From: Hydrurus foetidus
Lineage: Eukaryota
Assembly (NCBI GenBank): GCA_900617105.1
Contig: UYFQ01000003.1
Span: 1-56,995, forward strand
DNA length: 56,995 bases
Direction: 5' to 3'
The position numbers and the translations under genes were made by a program. Below, in pieces: positions 21,121 to 32,403 of this stretch. The notes beneath the pieces are model-generated. The model did no database searches. It was not told the DNA's origin and was given only the letters and a program-made list of their open reading frames with translations. The stretch's first letter is position 1. Each line of letters starts with the position of its first letter.

Positions 21121-23067
21121 TTAGTGCTCCACCCGCAAGCTCACGAAGGCCCTGCGTTCAAAGAGGAATTTTCGGTCACCATCCTGGGATGGAACATCGA
21201 GGTTCTGCACCGTGAAGGCCCACTCTGCCTTGTTCTTGCCCAGCAAGAAGCCTTTGGCGATGCGCACATCCGTGCGCCCTACGGAATACAGTCGGTCATT
21301 GCCCGACATCAATCCAATGTCGTCAGACTGCTGGTGCATGAGCGACACGGTGGTCCCGGACGACAGGGTGTGCGCCGCCATCAGCGAGGCGGCATAACGC
21401 GCCGCGCCGTGCGTGGTCTTGAAGCGTTCGGCGCCTGCAATTTGCGTCCAGGTCTGGCTCGCGAACAGCTGGGTCGCAGAGGTGGGCTTCCACTGGATCT
21501 GGTGCTCTACCCCGGTGATGCTGTAGTTCTCGATATTCCGGTAGTCCTCTGGCGATACCCCTGAAGGACGTTCGATGCCGTCGATGATGCGTTCGTCGAA
21601 GAGGCGGACGTCGCCCGAGAGCCCTCGCTTGGGCAGGTTGTAGTTGTAGCCGAGCTCACGGGTGTGAATTTTTTCCGGCTCCAGCACGCCTGTGCTTTGC
21701 ACGGTGGTGAACGGGTTGGCACGATTAGCGTCGTAGTACCGCACCGCGGCGTACTTCTCGTAGGCGCTCGGCGGGCGGAATGCGCTCGACAGCCCGGCGC
21801 GCAAGGTATGGCCCGGAACGACATGCCAGTTCAGCATCAGGCGGGGAGAGAAAGTACCTCCACCTATATCGCTTTGCTCGGCCATGGCGCCGGCATTCAA
21901 AACCCAATCGGGCTGCAGACGCCATTCCGCGCTGCCAAACACGCGCGAGAAATTCGACACCACCTGGTTCCGTGTATCAAAGCTGGAGCGAGAGGTCACT
22001 TCCTCACGCCGTAGTTCCAGCCCCCAGACCGATCGCAACTGCAGCGTGTGCACCACCGTGTGCTGCACGGTCAGCGCGTCGTTGACCTCCTGGGCACCAA
22101 AATCCACCAGGGCACCAAAGTAATTGACACCGTTGACCAGGTCGGTGCTTTGGTAAAGAAAATTGTCCCGGTGCGTGTTTTGGGTGTGCGAGAAACTTAG
22201 TTGTATGTCCTGGTCGCCGTCCAACGGCTTGCGCCAGTCCATCTGTACGAACTGCGACCCCAGGAAACGCATGCGCGCCACATTGCCTGGCGAATCAGCG
22301 GATCCGCGCCCGGCATCGATCCCCATGGCGCCTGCGCGCATATCCAGTTCCGAGCCCGCCCCGGTGTCCAGCGACGCTACCGCATTCACCCGCGATACAC
22401 GGTTGCTGCCATAGGCCACGCGCAGCCCCTGGTCTCCGCGTGAGTCCACACTCAAGCGGTACGCCGCTCCGGGCTGCCCCCACCCTATGCTGGCCCCCAC
22501 ATCCGCCACCATGTTGTCGCCCATAGATACGGAAGCCGAAGACCCGACGTCGTGCACATCCCTGGAAATAATATTGATCACGCCCAGGAAAGCGCGGGCT
22601 CCGTAGGTCGCCGAATTGGAGCCCCTCAACACCTCGATCCGTGCAATGTCATCCAGTGCCAGGGTTTCCAGTCCCAGGCCGGCCGACCCCTGCAGATGGC
22701 CCGAGTAGACCGAACGGCCGTCCACCAACACCTGGATGCGGTTGGCCCAGTCATCGCTACGGCCATGGTAGGACGCCAGCGGGGCATCGGATTCAAACGA
22801 CGTAGTGGTCTGAAAACCAGGCACCAGGCGCAACAAGTCCGCCACGTCCCGCGCACCGGAGTTACGGATGAACTGCCGGTCCAGCACGGTGACCGCGCCT
22901 GGAGCCTCGTCCACCGGTTGCGACAGGCGCGATACCGACAGCACGACGGGCATGTCGCCCAAAAAGTCCCGTTCACTCACCGCTACGCCTGCCGTGCCAG
23001 ATTGGGCAGCGGCCAGCGTACTGGACAACAGGAAGGTGACAGCGAGTAGTTTGGGTGACATAGGCAT
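21121..23067 (-). CDS. TonB-dependent outer membrane receptor
   Basis: Signal peptide; plug motifs [29 protein letters not shown]...GVINII; beta-barrel-like C-terminus (VQNL). Confidence 0.88.
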   Translation of the reverse strand: MPMSPKLLAVTFLLSSTLAAAQSGTAGVAVSERDFLGDMPVVLSVSRLSQPVDEAPGAVTVLDRQFIRNSGARDVADLLRLVPGFQTTTSFESDAPLASYHGRSDDWANRIQVLVDGRSVYSGHLQGSAGLGLETLALDDIARIEVLRGSNSATYGARAFLGVINIISRDVHDVGSSASVSMGDNMVADVGASIGWGQPGAAYRLSVDSRGDQGLRVAYGSNRVSRVNAVASLDTGAGSELDMRAGAMGIDAGRGSADSPGNVARMRFLGSQFVQMDWRKPLDGDQDIQLSFSHTQNTHRDNFLYQSTDLVNGVNYFGALVDFGAQEVNDALTVQHTVVHTLQLRSVWGLELRREEVTSRSSFDTRNQVVSNFSRVFGSAEWRLQPDWVLNAGAMAEQSDIGGGTFSPRLMLNWHVVPGHTLRAGLSSAFRPPSAYEKYAAVRYYDANRANPFTTVQSTGVLEPEKIHTRELGYNYNLPKRGLSGDVRLFDERIIDGIERPSGVSPEDYRNIENYSITGVEHQIQWKPTSATQLFASQTWTQIAGAERFKTTHGAARYAASLMAAHTLSSGTTVSLMHQQSDDIGLMSGNDRLYSVGRTDVRIAKGFLLGKNKAEWAFTVQNLDVPSQDGDRKFLFERRAFVSLRVEH

Positions 23068-23148
23068 TTCCCCAACGAAAGACCTTGTAATACTTGTAGG
23101 GTGATTTTGCACTGGGTTTCAGGGCCTGCCAGGCAAGCCGTGGACAAT

Positions 23149-24315
23149 ATGCCCATGGCTAAACCCAGTACACAACGGATAGTCCCTTTGGTAGACCAGC
23201 GATCGGCGGCGCTGCGAGTACCCGCTGCTGCGTTGGAGGCTGCCACGCGCGTCCTGGCGACAGGTCACCTGGGTGACCGCGTGGGCAGGCCGCTGCGCGA
23301 TTTGCGCATCAGCGTGACGGACCGCTGCAACTTCCGCTGCAGTTATTGCATGCCCAAAGAGGTGTTCGACAAGGACTACGCCTACCTCCCCCACCGCGAC
23401 CTGCTGAGCTTCGAAGAAATCACCCGCCTGGCACGCCACTTTGTGGCGCACGGCGTATCCAAGATTCGCCTGACCGGGGGGGAGCCCCTGCTGCGCAAGA
23501 ACATCGAGGTGTTAATCGCCCAATTGGCGCAGCTGCGCACGCCCCAGGGGAATGCCCCCGACCTGACACTGACCACCAACGGGTCCTTGTTGGTGCGCAA
23601 AGCCCAAGCCCTGAAGGACGCAGGACTGCAACGGGTCACAGTCAGCCTGGACGGCCTTGACGACGCGGTATTTCGCCGTATGAACGATGTGGACTTCCCT
23701 GTCACCGATGTGCTGCATGGCATTGATGCGGCATTGGCCGCAGGCCTGGGGCCGATCAAGGTCAATATGGTGGTCAAACGCGGCACCAACGACCAGGAAA
23801 TCTTGCCTATGGCCCGCCACTTCAAGGGAACCGGGGTGGTGCTGCGCTTCATCGAGTACATGGACGTGGGCGCCACCAACGGCTGGCGCATGGACGAAGT
23901 GCTGCCCTCGGCCCAAGTAGTGGAGCGCATCCACCAGGAATTGCCTTTGCTTGCGCTGGACCACAGTGCGCCCGGAGAAACCGCACAACGCTGGGGCTAT
24001 GCCGACGCGCTGGGCTTGCATGACGTGGCTGCGGGGGAGATTGGCGTGATCAGCAGCGTAACCCAGGCCTTCTGCGGCAGCTGTAACCGCGCCCGCCTCT
24101 CCACCGAGGGCCAACTCTACACCTGCCTGTTTGCCAGCCAGGGACATGATCTGCGCAGCTTGCTGCGAGGCAACCACAACGAAGCCGATCTGGCCTCCGC
24201 TATTGCCCATATCTGGCAAGGCCGGAGTGACCGTTACTCGGAGTTGCGCGCCAGCCAACCAGCCGACACCATCGTAGGCGCCCGACGTGTAGAAATGAGT
24301 TACATCGGCGGCTGA
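23149..24315 (+). CDS. moaA: GTP 3',8-cyclase (molybdenum cofactor biosynthesis)
   Basis: [18 protein letters not shown] radical SAM motif, [11 protein letters not shown]-terminal MSYIGG. Confidence 0.96.
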   Translation: MPMAKPSTQRIVPLVDQRSAALRVPAAALEAATRVLATGHLGDRVGRPLRDLRISVTDRCNFRCSYCMPKEVFDKDYAYLPHRDLLSFEEITRLARHFVAHGVSKIRLTGGEPLLRKNIEVLIAQLAQLRTPQGNAPDLTLTTNGSLLVRKAQALKDAGLQRVTVSLDGLDDAVFRRMNDVDFPVTDVLHGIDAALAAGLGPIKVNMVVKRGTNDQEILPMARHFKGTGVVLRFIEYMDVGATNGWRMDEVLPSAQVVERIHQELPLLALDHSAPGETAQRWGYADALGLHDVAAGEIGVISSVTQAFCGSCNRARLSTEGQLYTCLFASQGHDLRSLLRGNHNEADLASAIAHIWQGRSDRYSELRASQPADTIVGARRVEMSYIGG

Positions 24316-24328
24316 AGATGCCTCAGGC

Positions 24329-24793
24329 CTAGCGCGCTCTCAGCGCCACTTCGACCCCTTGGTTGGCCAGCGCGTCCGCCCGCTCGTTTCCTGGCTCACC
24401 TGCATGGCCTTTGACCCAGCGCCAGTCGATCGTGTGACCACCGCCCGACACCAAAGCGTCGAGCTGCTGCCACAGGTCCACGTTCTTCACCGGCTGCTTG
24501 GCGGCAGTTTTCCAGCCCTTGGCCTTCCAGCCCACCAGCCATTCGGTAATGCCCTTGAGCACATACTGGCTATCCAGGTGCAGCGCCACGGCACAAGGGC
24601 GCTTGAGCGCAGTCAAGGCCTGGATCACCGCCATCATTTCCATGCGGTTATTGGTCGTGCCCAACTCGCCGCCGCACAGTTCTTTTTCGGTGCCGTCCGG
24701 TGAGCGCAGCAGCACGCCCCAGCCTCCAGGGCCGGGGTTGCCCTTGCAGGCGCCATCGGTGTAAATCACCACGGAGTTCAAAGCTTGGTTCAA
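24329..24793 (-). CDS. rnhA: Ribonuclease HI
   Basis: [35 protein letters not shown]. Confidence 0.97.
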   Translation of the reverse strand: MNQALNSVVIYTDGACKGNPGPGGWGVLLRSPDGTEKELCGGELGTTNNRMEMMAVIQALTALKRPCAVALHLDSQYVLKGITEWLVGWKAKGWKTAAKQPVKNVDLWQQLDALVSGGGHTIDWRWVKGHAGEPGNERADALANQGVEVALRAR

Positions 24794-25578
24794 TCGTGTT
24801 TCCTTGTTTCAATCGGGTGCATTCTCTGTGCAGCGGGCACGGCTTGCGTTGCCAGCGCTGGCGTCCCGCGCCAGGCAGCGCCCAGCATGCGCACGCCACG
24901 CACGCGCTTGACAGCCACCACAAAATAAGCAGCGCCAAAAATTGTCCACCAGCGCGGTCCGACGCGGTCCATCCAAGCCATACGCTGCAGCCACTGCGGG
25001 CTGTCCACTGCGGGGCGGTAGCAGCCAAAGCGCCCCACCTCCACCTCAAAACTCAGCAGACGCAGCCAGTCGCGCAAGCGCCAGTAGCCGATGTGGTCCC
25101 CACAATCCGGCAAAAACAAGCGTCCAAAACCCAGCCGTTGGTACAGCTGCGCACGCCGCTGGCGCAAACCCCACAGGCTAGTCGGGTTCATGCCGCACAG
25201 CACCACACGCCCATCCGGCACCAGCACGCGCTCGACCTCGCGCAAGGTCGCATGGGGGTCGGCGCTGAACTCCAGGGTATGGGGCAAGACCACCAAGTCC
25301 AGGCTGCAGGCCGGGAAAGGCAGGGCTGCAAAGTCGGTCAACAAATCGATGGTTTGCAGACCCTCCCCTTCGGCGGCGCCCGCGTGTTGCACGGCCATCC
25401 AGCGGTGGGGCATGCGGTTGGCCTGCAAACCAGCCAACTCGGGCACGCCCAGCTGCAGCGCGTGGTAGCCGAAAATGTCGGCTACTGCGCTTTCAAGCTG
25501 CGCATGCTCCCATTCCAGCAGGTACTGACCTGCCGGCGTCTGAAACCAGTCCTGCAAATCTATAATTTGTTCGCTCAT
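24790..25578 (-). CDS. Class I SAM-dependent methyltransferase (YafS-like)
   Basis: [12 protein letters not shown]...[20 protein letters not shown]; conserved position between rnhA and gloB. Confidence 0.85.
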   Translation of the reverse strand: MSEQIIDLQDWFQTPAGQYLLEWEHAQLESAVADIFGYHALQLGVPELAGLQANRMPHRWMAVQHAGAAEGEGLQTIDLLTDFAALPFPACSLDLVVLPHTLEFSADPHATLREVERVLVPDGRVVLCGMNPTSLWGLRQRRAQLYQRLGFGRLFLPDCGDHIGYWRLRDWLRLLSFEVEVGRFGCYRPAVDSPQWLQRMAWMDRVGPRWWTIFGAAYFVVAVKRVRGVRMLGAAWRGTPALATQAVPAAQRMHPIETRKHD

Positions 25579-26347
25579 GAACTTAATACCACTGCCCGCT
25601 TTTACTGATAACTACATCTGGATGTTGCACGATGGACAAGGGGCGCTGGTAGTGGACCCGGGGGACGCGGCGCCCGTTCTACAGGCGTTGCAACATGAAG
25701 GCGTACAACTTCGTGGCATTCTAGTCACTCACCACCACGCCGACCACACGGGCGGCGTTAATGCGCTGCGCGAAGCCACCGGCGCCAGAGTGTTTGGCCC
25801 GGCCCGAGAAACCATGCCCGAACCACTGCAACGCCTGACCCACGGCGACACGGTGGAATGCCTGGGCCTGCATTTCCAGGTCATGGACGTCCCCGGCCAC
25901 ACGGCGGGTCACATTGCCTTCTTTTGCCCACAAATGGATGGTCTGCCACTGCTATTTTGTGGCGACACCTTGTTCAGCGGCGGCTGTGGTCGCCTGTTTG
26001 AGGGAACTGCGGCGCAAATGGACCAGTCCCTGCAAAGCCTGTCGGCGCTGCCGCCGGAAACACGGGTATGCTGTACCCACGAATACACCCTCAGCAACCT
26101 GCGTTTTGCCATGGAAGTCGACGCCGGCAATGCCGATCTGCAGGACTACCAGGCCCATTGCCAAGCGCTGCGCGCCCAAGGCCTGCCGACCCTGCCGTCA
26201 TCCATCGCGCTGGAGCAACGCATCAACCCTTTTTTACGCAGCACACAACCCGCCCTGCTGGCATCTGCCCGCCGCTTTGACAGCAGCAGCGTAGACCAGC
26301 ATGGCGTGTTTGCCACCCTGCGACTATGGAAAAACGAATACCGATGA
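25577..26347 (+). CDS. gloB: Hydroxyacylglutathione hydrolase (glyoxalase II)
   Basis: PAFTDNYIW, THHHADHTGG, PGHTAGH, FCGDTLFSGGCGR, HEYT. Confidence 0.96.
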   Translation: MNLIPLPAFTDNYIWMLHDGQGALVVDPGDAAPVLQALQHEGVQLRGILVTHHHADHTGGVNALREATGARVFGPARETMPEPLQRLTHGDTVECLGLHFQVMDVPGHTAGHIAFFCPQMDGLPLLFCGDTLFSGGCGRLFEGTAAQMDQSLQSLSALPPETRVCCTHEYTLSNLRFAMEVDAGNADLQDYQAHCQALRAQGLPTLPSSIALEQRINPFLRSTQPALLASARRFDSSSVDQHGVFATLRLWKNEYR

Positions 26348-27948
26348 GTCTTTTTAAAATAGCTGGCCTGGCTGCCGTGCTGCTACTCAGCGCCTGCGCC
26401 ACCACCGGCCCCGACAACGCCACGAACACCAACACTGCACAAACAGCCGCCACGAGCGCGGCCGACAGCCTGACGCTGCAGTCCAGCCGCGAACTCAAAC
26501 GACCAGCACCAGCACCAGCCGCGCCGCCCCCGCGCGCCGCCAATCGCAGTGTGGACAACAACATTCCACTGAGCCCGATAGACACCCTGACCCTGTCCTC
26601 CCGCGTCGTCGTGCCCATGGCGCCACCGGCCGACTTGTGGGAACGCATTCGCCGTGGCTATGCCATGCCCGACTTGCAGAACGACCTGGTGCACGACCGC
26701 GAGCAGTGGTACACCACGCGCCCGGACTACATCTTTCGCATGACCGAGCGTTCCAAGAAGTACCTGTTCCACATCGTGGAGGAGCTGGAAGTGCGCGGCA
26801 TGCCGACCGAACTGGCCCTGCTGCCTTTTATTGAGAGTGCCTTCAACCCCCAGGCCGTATCGGGGGCCAAGGCGGCCGGCATGTGGCAGTTCATGCCAGC
26901 CACCGGCAAGTACTTCGAGCTCAAGCAGAACACCTTCCGCGACGATCGCCGCGATGTGCTTGCCTCCACGCGCGCCGCGCTGGACTATCTGCAAAAGTTG
27001 CACGGCATGTTTGGCGACTGGCACTTGGCGCTCGCCGCCTACAACTGGGGCGAAGGCAGCGTGCAAAGGGCTATGAACAAGAACAAACGCGCGGGCCTGG
27101 CCATCGGCTATGTGGACCTGACCATGCCCATGGAGACCCGGTTTTACGTGCCCAAGCTGCAGGCCGTGAAAAACATCGTTTCCAACCCCGCGCAGTTCGG
27201 CTCCAAGCTGCCGCTGATTGAAAACCACCCGTATTTTCAAACCGTCACCATCCGCCGCGACATTGATGTGGCACTGGCCGCCAAGCTGGCCGAGGTGCCA
27301 ATAGACGATTTCAAGGCGCTGAACCCCTCGATCAACCGTCCGGTGATTTTGGCGGCTGGCACACCACAAATTCTGCTGCCCTGGGACAACGCAGAAGTAT
27401 TCCAGTCCAACCTGGAAGCCTTTGGCGGCGGGCGCCTGGCCAGTTGGACCGCCTGGGTGGCCCCGACTACCCTGCGCCCGGCCGATGTGGCCAAGCGCGT
27501 CGGCATGTCCGAAAGCGAACTGCGCAGCATGAACAACATCCCACCAAGGGTGCTGATCCGCGCAGGTTCAACCCTGCTGGTGCCGCGCTCGGCCCACATG
27601 CAAGATGTGACCGTTAAGGTGGCGGACAACGGCCAGTTGTCCCTGGCACCTGAGGTGGTGCTGAAGCGCAGCACCGTGCGCGCAGGCAAGGGTGAGACCG
27701 TAGCCAGCATTGCCCGCAAATACAAGGTCAGCGCGGCCACCGTGGGCGAGTGGAACAAGGTGAGCACCAGCGCCAGCTTCAAGGCCGGCCAGCACGTGGT
27801 GGTCTACCTGCCTCCGGGCAAGGCCCATGCGCGCAGTGCCAGCACCAAGTCCAGCGGCAAACACGGGAGCACCAAGGTGGCGACCAAGGGTAAGGCGACG
27901 GCTAAAAAGAGTGGGAAGTCCGGCGGCACCAAACTGGCCCGCCACTGA
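26344..27948 (+). CDS. mltD: Lipoprotein lytic transglycosylase with LysM-like repeats
   Basis: Lipobox LLLSAC, IESAF, AAGMWQFMP, ALAAYNWG, ETRFYVPK; next to gloB. Confidence 0.9.
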   Translation: MSLFKIAGLAAVLLLSACATTGPDNATNTNTAQTAATSAADSLTLQSSRELKRPAPAPAAPPPRAANRSVDNNIPLSPIDTLTLSSRVVVPMAPPADLWERIRRGYAMPDLQNDLVHDREQWYTTRPDYIFRMTERSKKYLFHIVEELEVRGMPTELALLPFIESAFNPQAVSGAKAAGMWQFMPATGKYFELKQNTFRDDRRDVLASTRAALDYLQKLHGMFGDWHLALAAYNWGEGSVQRAMNKNKRAGLAIGYVDLTMPMETRFYVPKLQAVKNIVSNPAQFGSKLPLIENHPYFQTVTIRRDIDVALAAKLAEVPIDDFKALNPSINRPVILAAGTPQILLPWDNAEVFQSNLEAFGGGRLASWTAWVAPTTLRPADVAKRVGMSESELRSMNNIPPRVLIRAGSTLLVPRSAHMQDVTVKVADNGQLSLAPEVVLKRSTVRAGKGETVASIARKYKVSAATVGEWNKVSTSASFKAGQHVVVYLPPGKAHARSASTKSSGKHGSTKVATKGKATAKKSGKSGGTKLARH

Positions 27949-27969
27949 CCTTGCCCTTGTAGCTGGGGC

Positions 27970-28383
27970 TTAGCGGTAGCCCACCAGCAGGATGCCGATA
28001 TTCACCGCAAGGCCTGCACACCACACCACCGAGCGGGCGGTGCCCATGCCGGACACATACATCATGATGTAGAGCATGCGCAGCACCACAAACAGAAACG
28101 CCAGAATGTCCAGCCGCGCTTGGTGCGCGCCCAACTGGTGGGCAATGATGACCGCCCCAATGAAGAAAGGCAGCGCCTCAAAGCTGTTGGCCTGGGCTGC
28201 GTTGGCGCGGGCGCGCCAGTCGGTCTGACGGGCCAGCCACTCACGCGGATGGATGTTGTCGTAACCGCCTTCGCGGCGCGGCATGTTGATGCGGCCGGAC
28301 TTGGCCAGACCGGCGCAGGCAATGGGCAGCAGTGCGACGATCAGCACACACCAGTAAGCGACCGTGAAGTGGGCGTATTGCAT
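27970..28383 (-). CDS. MAPEG family membrane protein
   Basis: YDN.HPR, RANAAQANSFEALP, hydrophobic helices. Confidence 0.85.
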   Translation of the reverse strand: MQYAHFTVAYWCVLIVALLPIACAGLAKSGRINMPRREGGYDNIHPREWLARQTDWRARANAAQANSFEALPFFIGAVIIAHQLGAHQARLDILAFLFVVLRMLYIMMYVSGMGTARSVVWCAGLAVNIGILLVGYR

Positions 28384-28425
28384 GAACGACTTACTTTCTC
28401 AAAACGAAACGGTACACCGCGCAGT

Positions 28426-29016
28426 TCAACGACGGTCCACCAAGGCATGGGCAATGGTGCCCAAATCCACATACTCCAATTCACTGCCCACGGGCACTCC
28501 GCGCGCCAGGCGCGTAGGCCGCAGCCCGCGCGCCTTCAGCCCCTCGGCAATCACGTAGGCCGTGGCCTCGCCTTCGGCGGTGAAGTTGGTGGCCAAAATG
28601 ACCTCCTGCACCACACCGTCGCAGGCGCGCTCAAACAGCTTCTTCAACCCCAAATCGTTGGGGCCCACACCGTCCAGCGGACTGAGCTTACCCATGAGCA
28701 CAAAGTACAAACCCTTGTAGGCACCGGTACGCTCCATCGCCGACTGGTCGGCCGGGGTCTCCACCACACACAGCTGGCTGTGGTCACGCCGCAAGTCTTC
28801 ACAGGTAGCACACACCTGCGCCTCGGTGAAGGTGTGGCAGCGCTCACAGTGGTGCACCTGTGAAGACGCCTCATGCAAAGCCTGTGCCAGCAGCTGGGCG
28901 CCAGGCCGGTCGTGCTGCAAGAGGTGAAATGCCATGCGCTGCGCGGACTTCACGCCCACACCCGGCAGGCGGCGCAGCGCTTGAATCAGGGCGTCAAGGG
29001 CGTTGGTGTCAGACAA
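28426..29016 (-). CDS. recR: Recombination mediator RecR
   Basis: [11 protein letters not shown]hH, C4 zinc finger, CVVE Toprim, EVILATN. Confidence 0.97.
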   Translation of the reverse strand: MSDTNALDALIQALRRLPGVGVKSAQRMAFHLLQHDRPGAQLLAQALHEASSQVHHCERCHTFTEAQVCATCEDLRRDHSQLCVVETPADQSAMERTGAYKGLYFVLMGKLSPLDGVGPNDLGLKKLFERACDGVVQEVILATNFTAEGEATAYVIAEGLKARGLRPTRLARGVPVGSELEYVDLGTIAHALVDRR

Positions 29017-29028
29017 AATAGGGGCGCG

Positions 29029-29361
29029 TCAGAACGGGAGCTTCATGCCACCGGGCAAGCTGGGCATGCCCGCACTGAGCTTGCCCATCTTCTCGGCCGA
29101 GGTTTCTTCGGCCTTGCGCACGGCGGCGTTGAAAGCAGCTGCCACCAGGTCTTCCAGCATGTCTTTGTCGTCCGCCAGCAGGCTGGGGTCGATGGTGATG
29201 CGCTTCACGTCGTGTTTGCAGGTCATGGTGACTTTCACCAAGCCTGAGCCGGACTCACCGGTGACTTCGATGTTGCCCAGTTCGTCCTGGGCCTTTTTCA
29301 TGTTGTCCTGCATCGCCTGCGCCTGCTTCATGAGGCCAGCGAGTTGTCCTTTGTTGAACAT
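29029..29361 (-). CDS. ybaB: YbaB/EbfC nucleoid-associated protein
   Basis: [30 protein letters not shown]; between dnaX and recR. Confidence 0.95.
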   Translation of the reverse strand: MFNKGQLAGLMKQAQAMQDNMKKAQDELGNIEVTGESGSGLVKVTMTCKHDVKRITIDPSLLADDKDMLEDLVAAAFNAAVRKAEETSAEKMGKLSAGMPSLPGGMKLPF

Positions 29362-29404
29362 GGATTTCCTTGAGAGTGAGGGAGAGAAAAAGCAAAGCGC
29401 CCCG

Positions 29405-31270
29405 TTACAGGGGCTTGATGGAGCCGGGCACAATTTTCGCGCCAAAGTCCCGCATCATGGTTTGCACGAAAGGATTGCCCAGAATTATCTTCTCGGCGGT
29501 GTTCTGTTTCTCAGCCGAGGCTGCGGCGTTGCGCCGGCCCGGACAATCGGTCACACGGCCAATTTCCACGGCTAGCTTGACCGGAAACCCCGCCGCGTTG
29601 AGTGCCTGGGTGAGGCGATCGCGGGTGCCCGGCTGGTTCAGCGTTTCACGCTCCAGGCGCAGCAGCCACTGGTCGGTATCGCGCGCCACCAGCTGCGACT
29701 GCAGCGCCAATTCGCGCACAAAGGCGTTGATGGCTTCAGCGGCAATCAGCTGCTGCACCGTGGCGTGCCAAAAGTCGCCTTCTTCGGTAGGAATCAGCAC
29801 TGCGGAGGCCTGAGAGGCAACCGCACCGGCTCGCTCTTCAGGCTGGGTACGCACCGGAATCGCTACAACTTTAGTAGCTACTGGCGCAATAGCCACGGGG
29901 GCTAGCGGCCTATTTTCTTCTTCATAGAGGTCATCCGGCTCCGGCGGCTCGGCCGGCCCGCTCTCGCGCACCGACAGCACCTGACCAGGGGGAATCACCT
30001 CGGGCTCTGCAGACGCTGCCTGTGCCACAGGTGCTGGAGTAGGCGCCTCTTCCCACGGTTGCACCACGGGTGTGGCGGGCGGCGCTGAGGCTACCCGTGG
30101 CGCAGTGTCAGTTAAAGTTTTTTTTTCAGCCAGTGGCGCGGTGCCAACCCGGGGCGATGCGCCACCTGCGGGCGGCTTGAAGGCCAGAAGCCGCAACAGC
30201 ACCATGGTCAGCGCGGCGTATTCGTCGGGCGCCAGACCCAAATCGGCCCGGCCGTGCAGGCAGATGCTGTAGAGCAGCTGGGTTTCGTCCGCAGCCATCA
30301 GGCCGGCCAGGCGCGCCGTGTCGGCGGCTTCAGGGTCAGAGTCGTCTGGAGTAGCACCGCCCACAGCCTGCAGCACCGCCATGCGCTGCAGCACGGTGGA
30401 CATTTCTTCCAGTGTGGAGGCAGCGCTCAAGCCGTTCAGACGCAGGGTTTCCGCGGTTTCCACCACGGTCTTGCCATCGCCCAGCGCCAGCGCCTCGATC
30501 AAGCGGAACACGTAAGACCGGTCTACGCTGCCCAGCATCTGGCGCACCGTGGCCTCTTGCAACTGGCCGGAGCCAAAGGCAATCGCCTGGTCGGTCAGGC
30601 TCAGCGCATCGCGCATGGAGCCGCGCGCGGCGCGGGCCAACAGGCGCAGGGCCTGCACCTCGGAGCTTACCTGCTCCACCTCCAGCACCTTGGCCAAGTG
30701 TTCGCGGATGGTTTCAGGCGCCATGGGCCGCAGGTTGAATTGCAGGCAGCGGCTCAACACGGTGACTGGCACCTTTTGCGGGTCGGTGGTGGCCAGCACA
30801 AATTTCAAATATTCAGGCGGCTCTTCCAGCGTTTTCAACATGGCGTTGAAGGCCGTGTTGGTCAGCATGTGCACTTCGTCGATCATGAAGACCTTGAAGC
30901 GGCCCTGCACTGGTTTGTAAACCGCCTGCTCCAGCAGGGCCTGCACTTCGTCCACGCCGCGGTTGCTGGCGGCGTCCAGCTCGGTGTAGTCGACAAAGCG
31001 TCCGCTATCAATATCAGAGCAAGCTTGGCAGACTCCACAAGGGGTAGCGGTGATTCCACCATTGCCATCCACGCCCTGGCAGTTGAGGGATTTGGCCAGA
31101 ATGCGCGACACCGTGGTCTTGCCCACGCCGCGCGTACCGGTGAACAGGTAGGCGTGGTGCAGGCGCTGGGTGGTCAGCGCGTTGGTCAGGGCTTGCACCA
31201 CGTGGTCCTGCCCCACCATTTCGGTGAAGTTGCGCGGACGGTACTTGCGGGCGAGCACGAGATAAGACAT
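29405..31270 (-). CDS. dnaX: DNA polymerase III subunit tau/gamma
   Basis: [20 protein letters not shown] Walker A, IDEVHML, SRC motif. Confidence 0.98.
   Translation of the reverse strand: MSYLVLARKYRPRNFTEMVGQDHVVQALTNALTTQRLHHAYLFTGTRGVGKTTVSRILAKSLNCQGVDGNGGITATPCGVCQACSDIDSGRFVDYTELDAASNRGVDEVQALLEQAVYKPVQGRFKVFMIDEVHMLTNTAFNAMLKTLEEPPEYLKFVLATTDPQKVPVTVLSRCLQFNLRPMAPETIREHLAKVLEVEQVSSEVQALRLLARAARGSMRDALSLTDQAIAFGSGQLQEATVRQMLGSVDRSYVFRLIEALALGDGKTVVETAETLRLNGLSAASTLEEMSTVLQRMAVLQAVGGATPDDSDPEAADTARLAGLMAADETQLLYSICLHGRADLGLAPDEYAALTMVLLRLLAFKPPAGGASPRVGTAPLAEKKTLTDTAPRVASAPPATPVVQPWEEAPTPAPVAQAASAEPEVIPPGQVLSVRESGPAEPPEPDDLYEEENRPLAPVAIAPVATKVVAIPVRTQPEERAGAVASQASAVLIPTEEGDFWHATVQQLIAAEAINAFVRELALQSQLVARDTDQWLLRLERETLNQPGTRDRLTQALNAAGFPVKLAVEIGRVTDCPGRRNAAASAEKQNTAEKIILGNPFVQTMMRDFGAKIVPGSIKPL
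29861..29915 (+). repeat. 55-bp dispersed repeat, copy 5 (in frame within dnaX linker)
   Basis: cgctacaactttagtagctactggcgcaatagccacgggggctagcggcctattt; encodes [18 protein letters not shown] on the minus strand. Confidence 0.88.
30108..30127 (-). other. Candidate slippage/frameshift site in dnaX (G-A9-CTTTAACTGA)
   Basis: Nine A residues at 30118-30126 on the coding strand; both shifted frames reach a stop within 1-3 further codons. Confidence 0.75.
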
Positions 31271-31347
31271 GGCTGGATTCTAGTGTGCCGGCGTTGCCTC
31301 TCTCAGGTAGACTGGGCAACAGAAAAGCCTTTCTCTTCATCCACTCC

Positions 31348-32403
31348 ATGGTGTCCCCCCTGCGCCAACGCTTGTCACAGCTGGTCTGTGCTGGGGTGGT
31401 GTGCGTCCTGCCCCTGGTCGCCCATGCCGGTGGTGTGCTGCGCGTGCTGGCCTGGCCGGGTTACGCCGACCCCGATGTGGTCAAGACCTTTGAGCAACGC
31501 ACCGGCGCCCGGGTGGAGGTCACCTTCATCGATTCGGACGAAGCCTTGTGGGAGCGCGTCAACCAGCACCAAGCCGAAGACTTTGACCTGTTTGCGGTCA
31601 ACACCGCCGAACTCCAACGCTACATTCCCAAAGGCTTGGTGGTGCCCGTTAACACGCGCGCCATCCCCAACACCCGGCTGCAGCTACCGCGTTTTCAGCA
31701 GCTCAAAAGCATTCCAGGCATCGTGCATGGCAACCAGGCCTATGCCGTGCCTTACACCTACTCAGAAATGGGGCTGATCTACGACCGAGCCCAATTCCCC
31801 ACGCCGCCAACCTCGATCCGCGCGCTGTGGGACCCCCAATACAAGGGCCGGGTGCTGGTCTACAACGGCGGCACCCATAATTTCTCGCTGGCGGCCCAGC
31901 TGCTGGGTGACACCACTCCCTTCCGGCTGGACGCCAAAGATTGGCCCGCGGCCGTGCAGCAGTTGCTGGCTCTGCGGCGCAATGCACTGACTTTTTACAA
32001 CCAGCCCGAAGAATCCGTGGAATGGTTCAAACGCCACAAGGCGGCCCTGCTGTTTGCCAACTATGGCTCCCAGCAAGTCAAGCTGCTGCAGGCCGTTGGC
32101 GTGGATGTGGGCTACGCCATCCCCAGGGAAGGTGCGCTGGCCTGGTTGGACTGCTGGGTCATCACCCGCGGCGCCAAGAACATGGCGCTGGCAGAGGCTT
32201 GGATCGACTACATGTTGGAGCCGGAACCGGGCCAGATACTGCTGAACCGCCAAGGCCTGGCCAACACGACCTCCGAGTCGCCCTACCTGCGCCCCGGCGA
32301 CCGGCTGATCTGGCTGGAACCCGTGGAAAACGTGGACCGCCGCACCCTGCTGTGGTCGCGCATTGTCTCAGGGGACCGGGCCAACAAGGTGCTGGCTCGG
32401 TGA
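31348..32403 (+). CDS. PotD/PotF-like periplasmic substrate-binding protein
   Basis: Signal peptide (VAHA), LRVLAWPGY, FEQRTG, YAVPYTY..MGLIYD, PREGALAWLDCW. Confidence 0.85.
   Translation: MVSPLRQRLSQLVCAGVVCVLPLVAHAGGVLRVLAWPGYADPDVVKTFEQRTGARVEVTFIDSDEALWERVNQHQAEDFDLFAVNTAELQRYIPKGLVVPVNTRAIPNTRLQLPRFQQLKSIPGIVHGNQAYAVPYTYSEMGLIYDRAQFPTPPTSIRALWDPQYKGRVLVYNGGTHNFSLAAQLLGDTTPFRLDAKDWPAAVQQLLALRRNALTFYNQPEESVEWFKRHKAALLFANYGSQQVKLLQAVGVDVGYAIPREGALAWLDCWVITRGAKNMALAEAWIDYMLEPEPGQILLNRQGLANTTSESPYLRPGDRLIWLEPVENVDRRTLLWSRIVSGDRANKVLAR

Noticed and set aside
31941..32399. N-terminal extension of the 729-aa cyclase ORF
   Set aside because: Overlaps the SBP gene in another frame; GTG at 32400 directly precedes the first TM helix.
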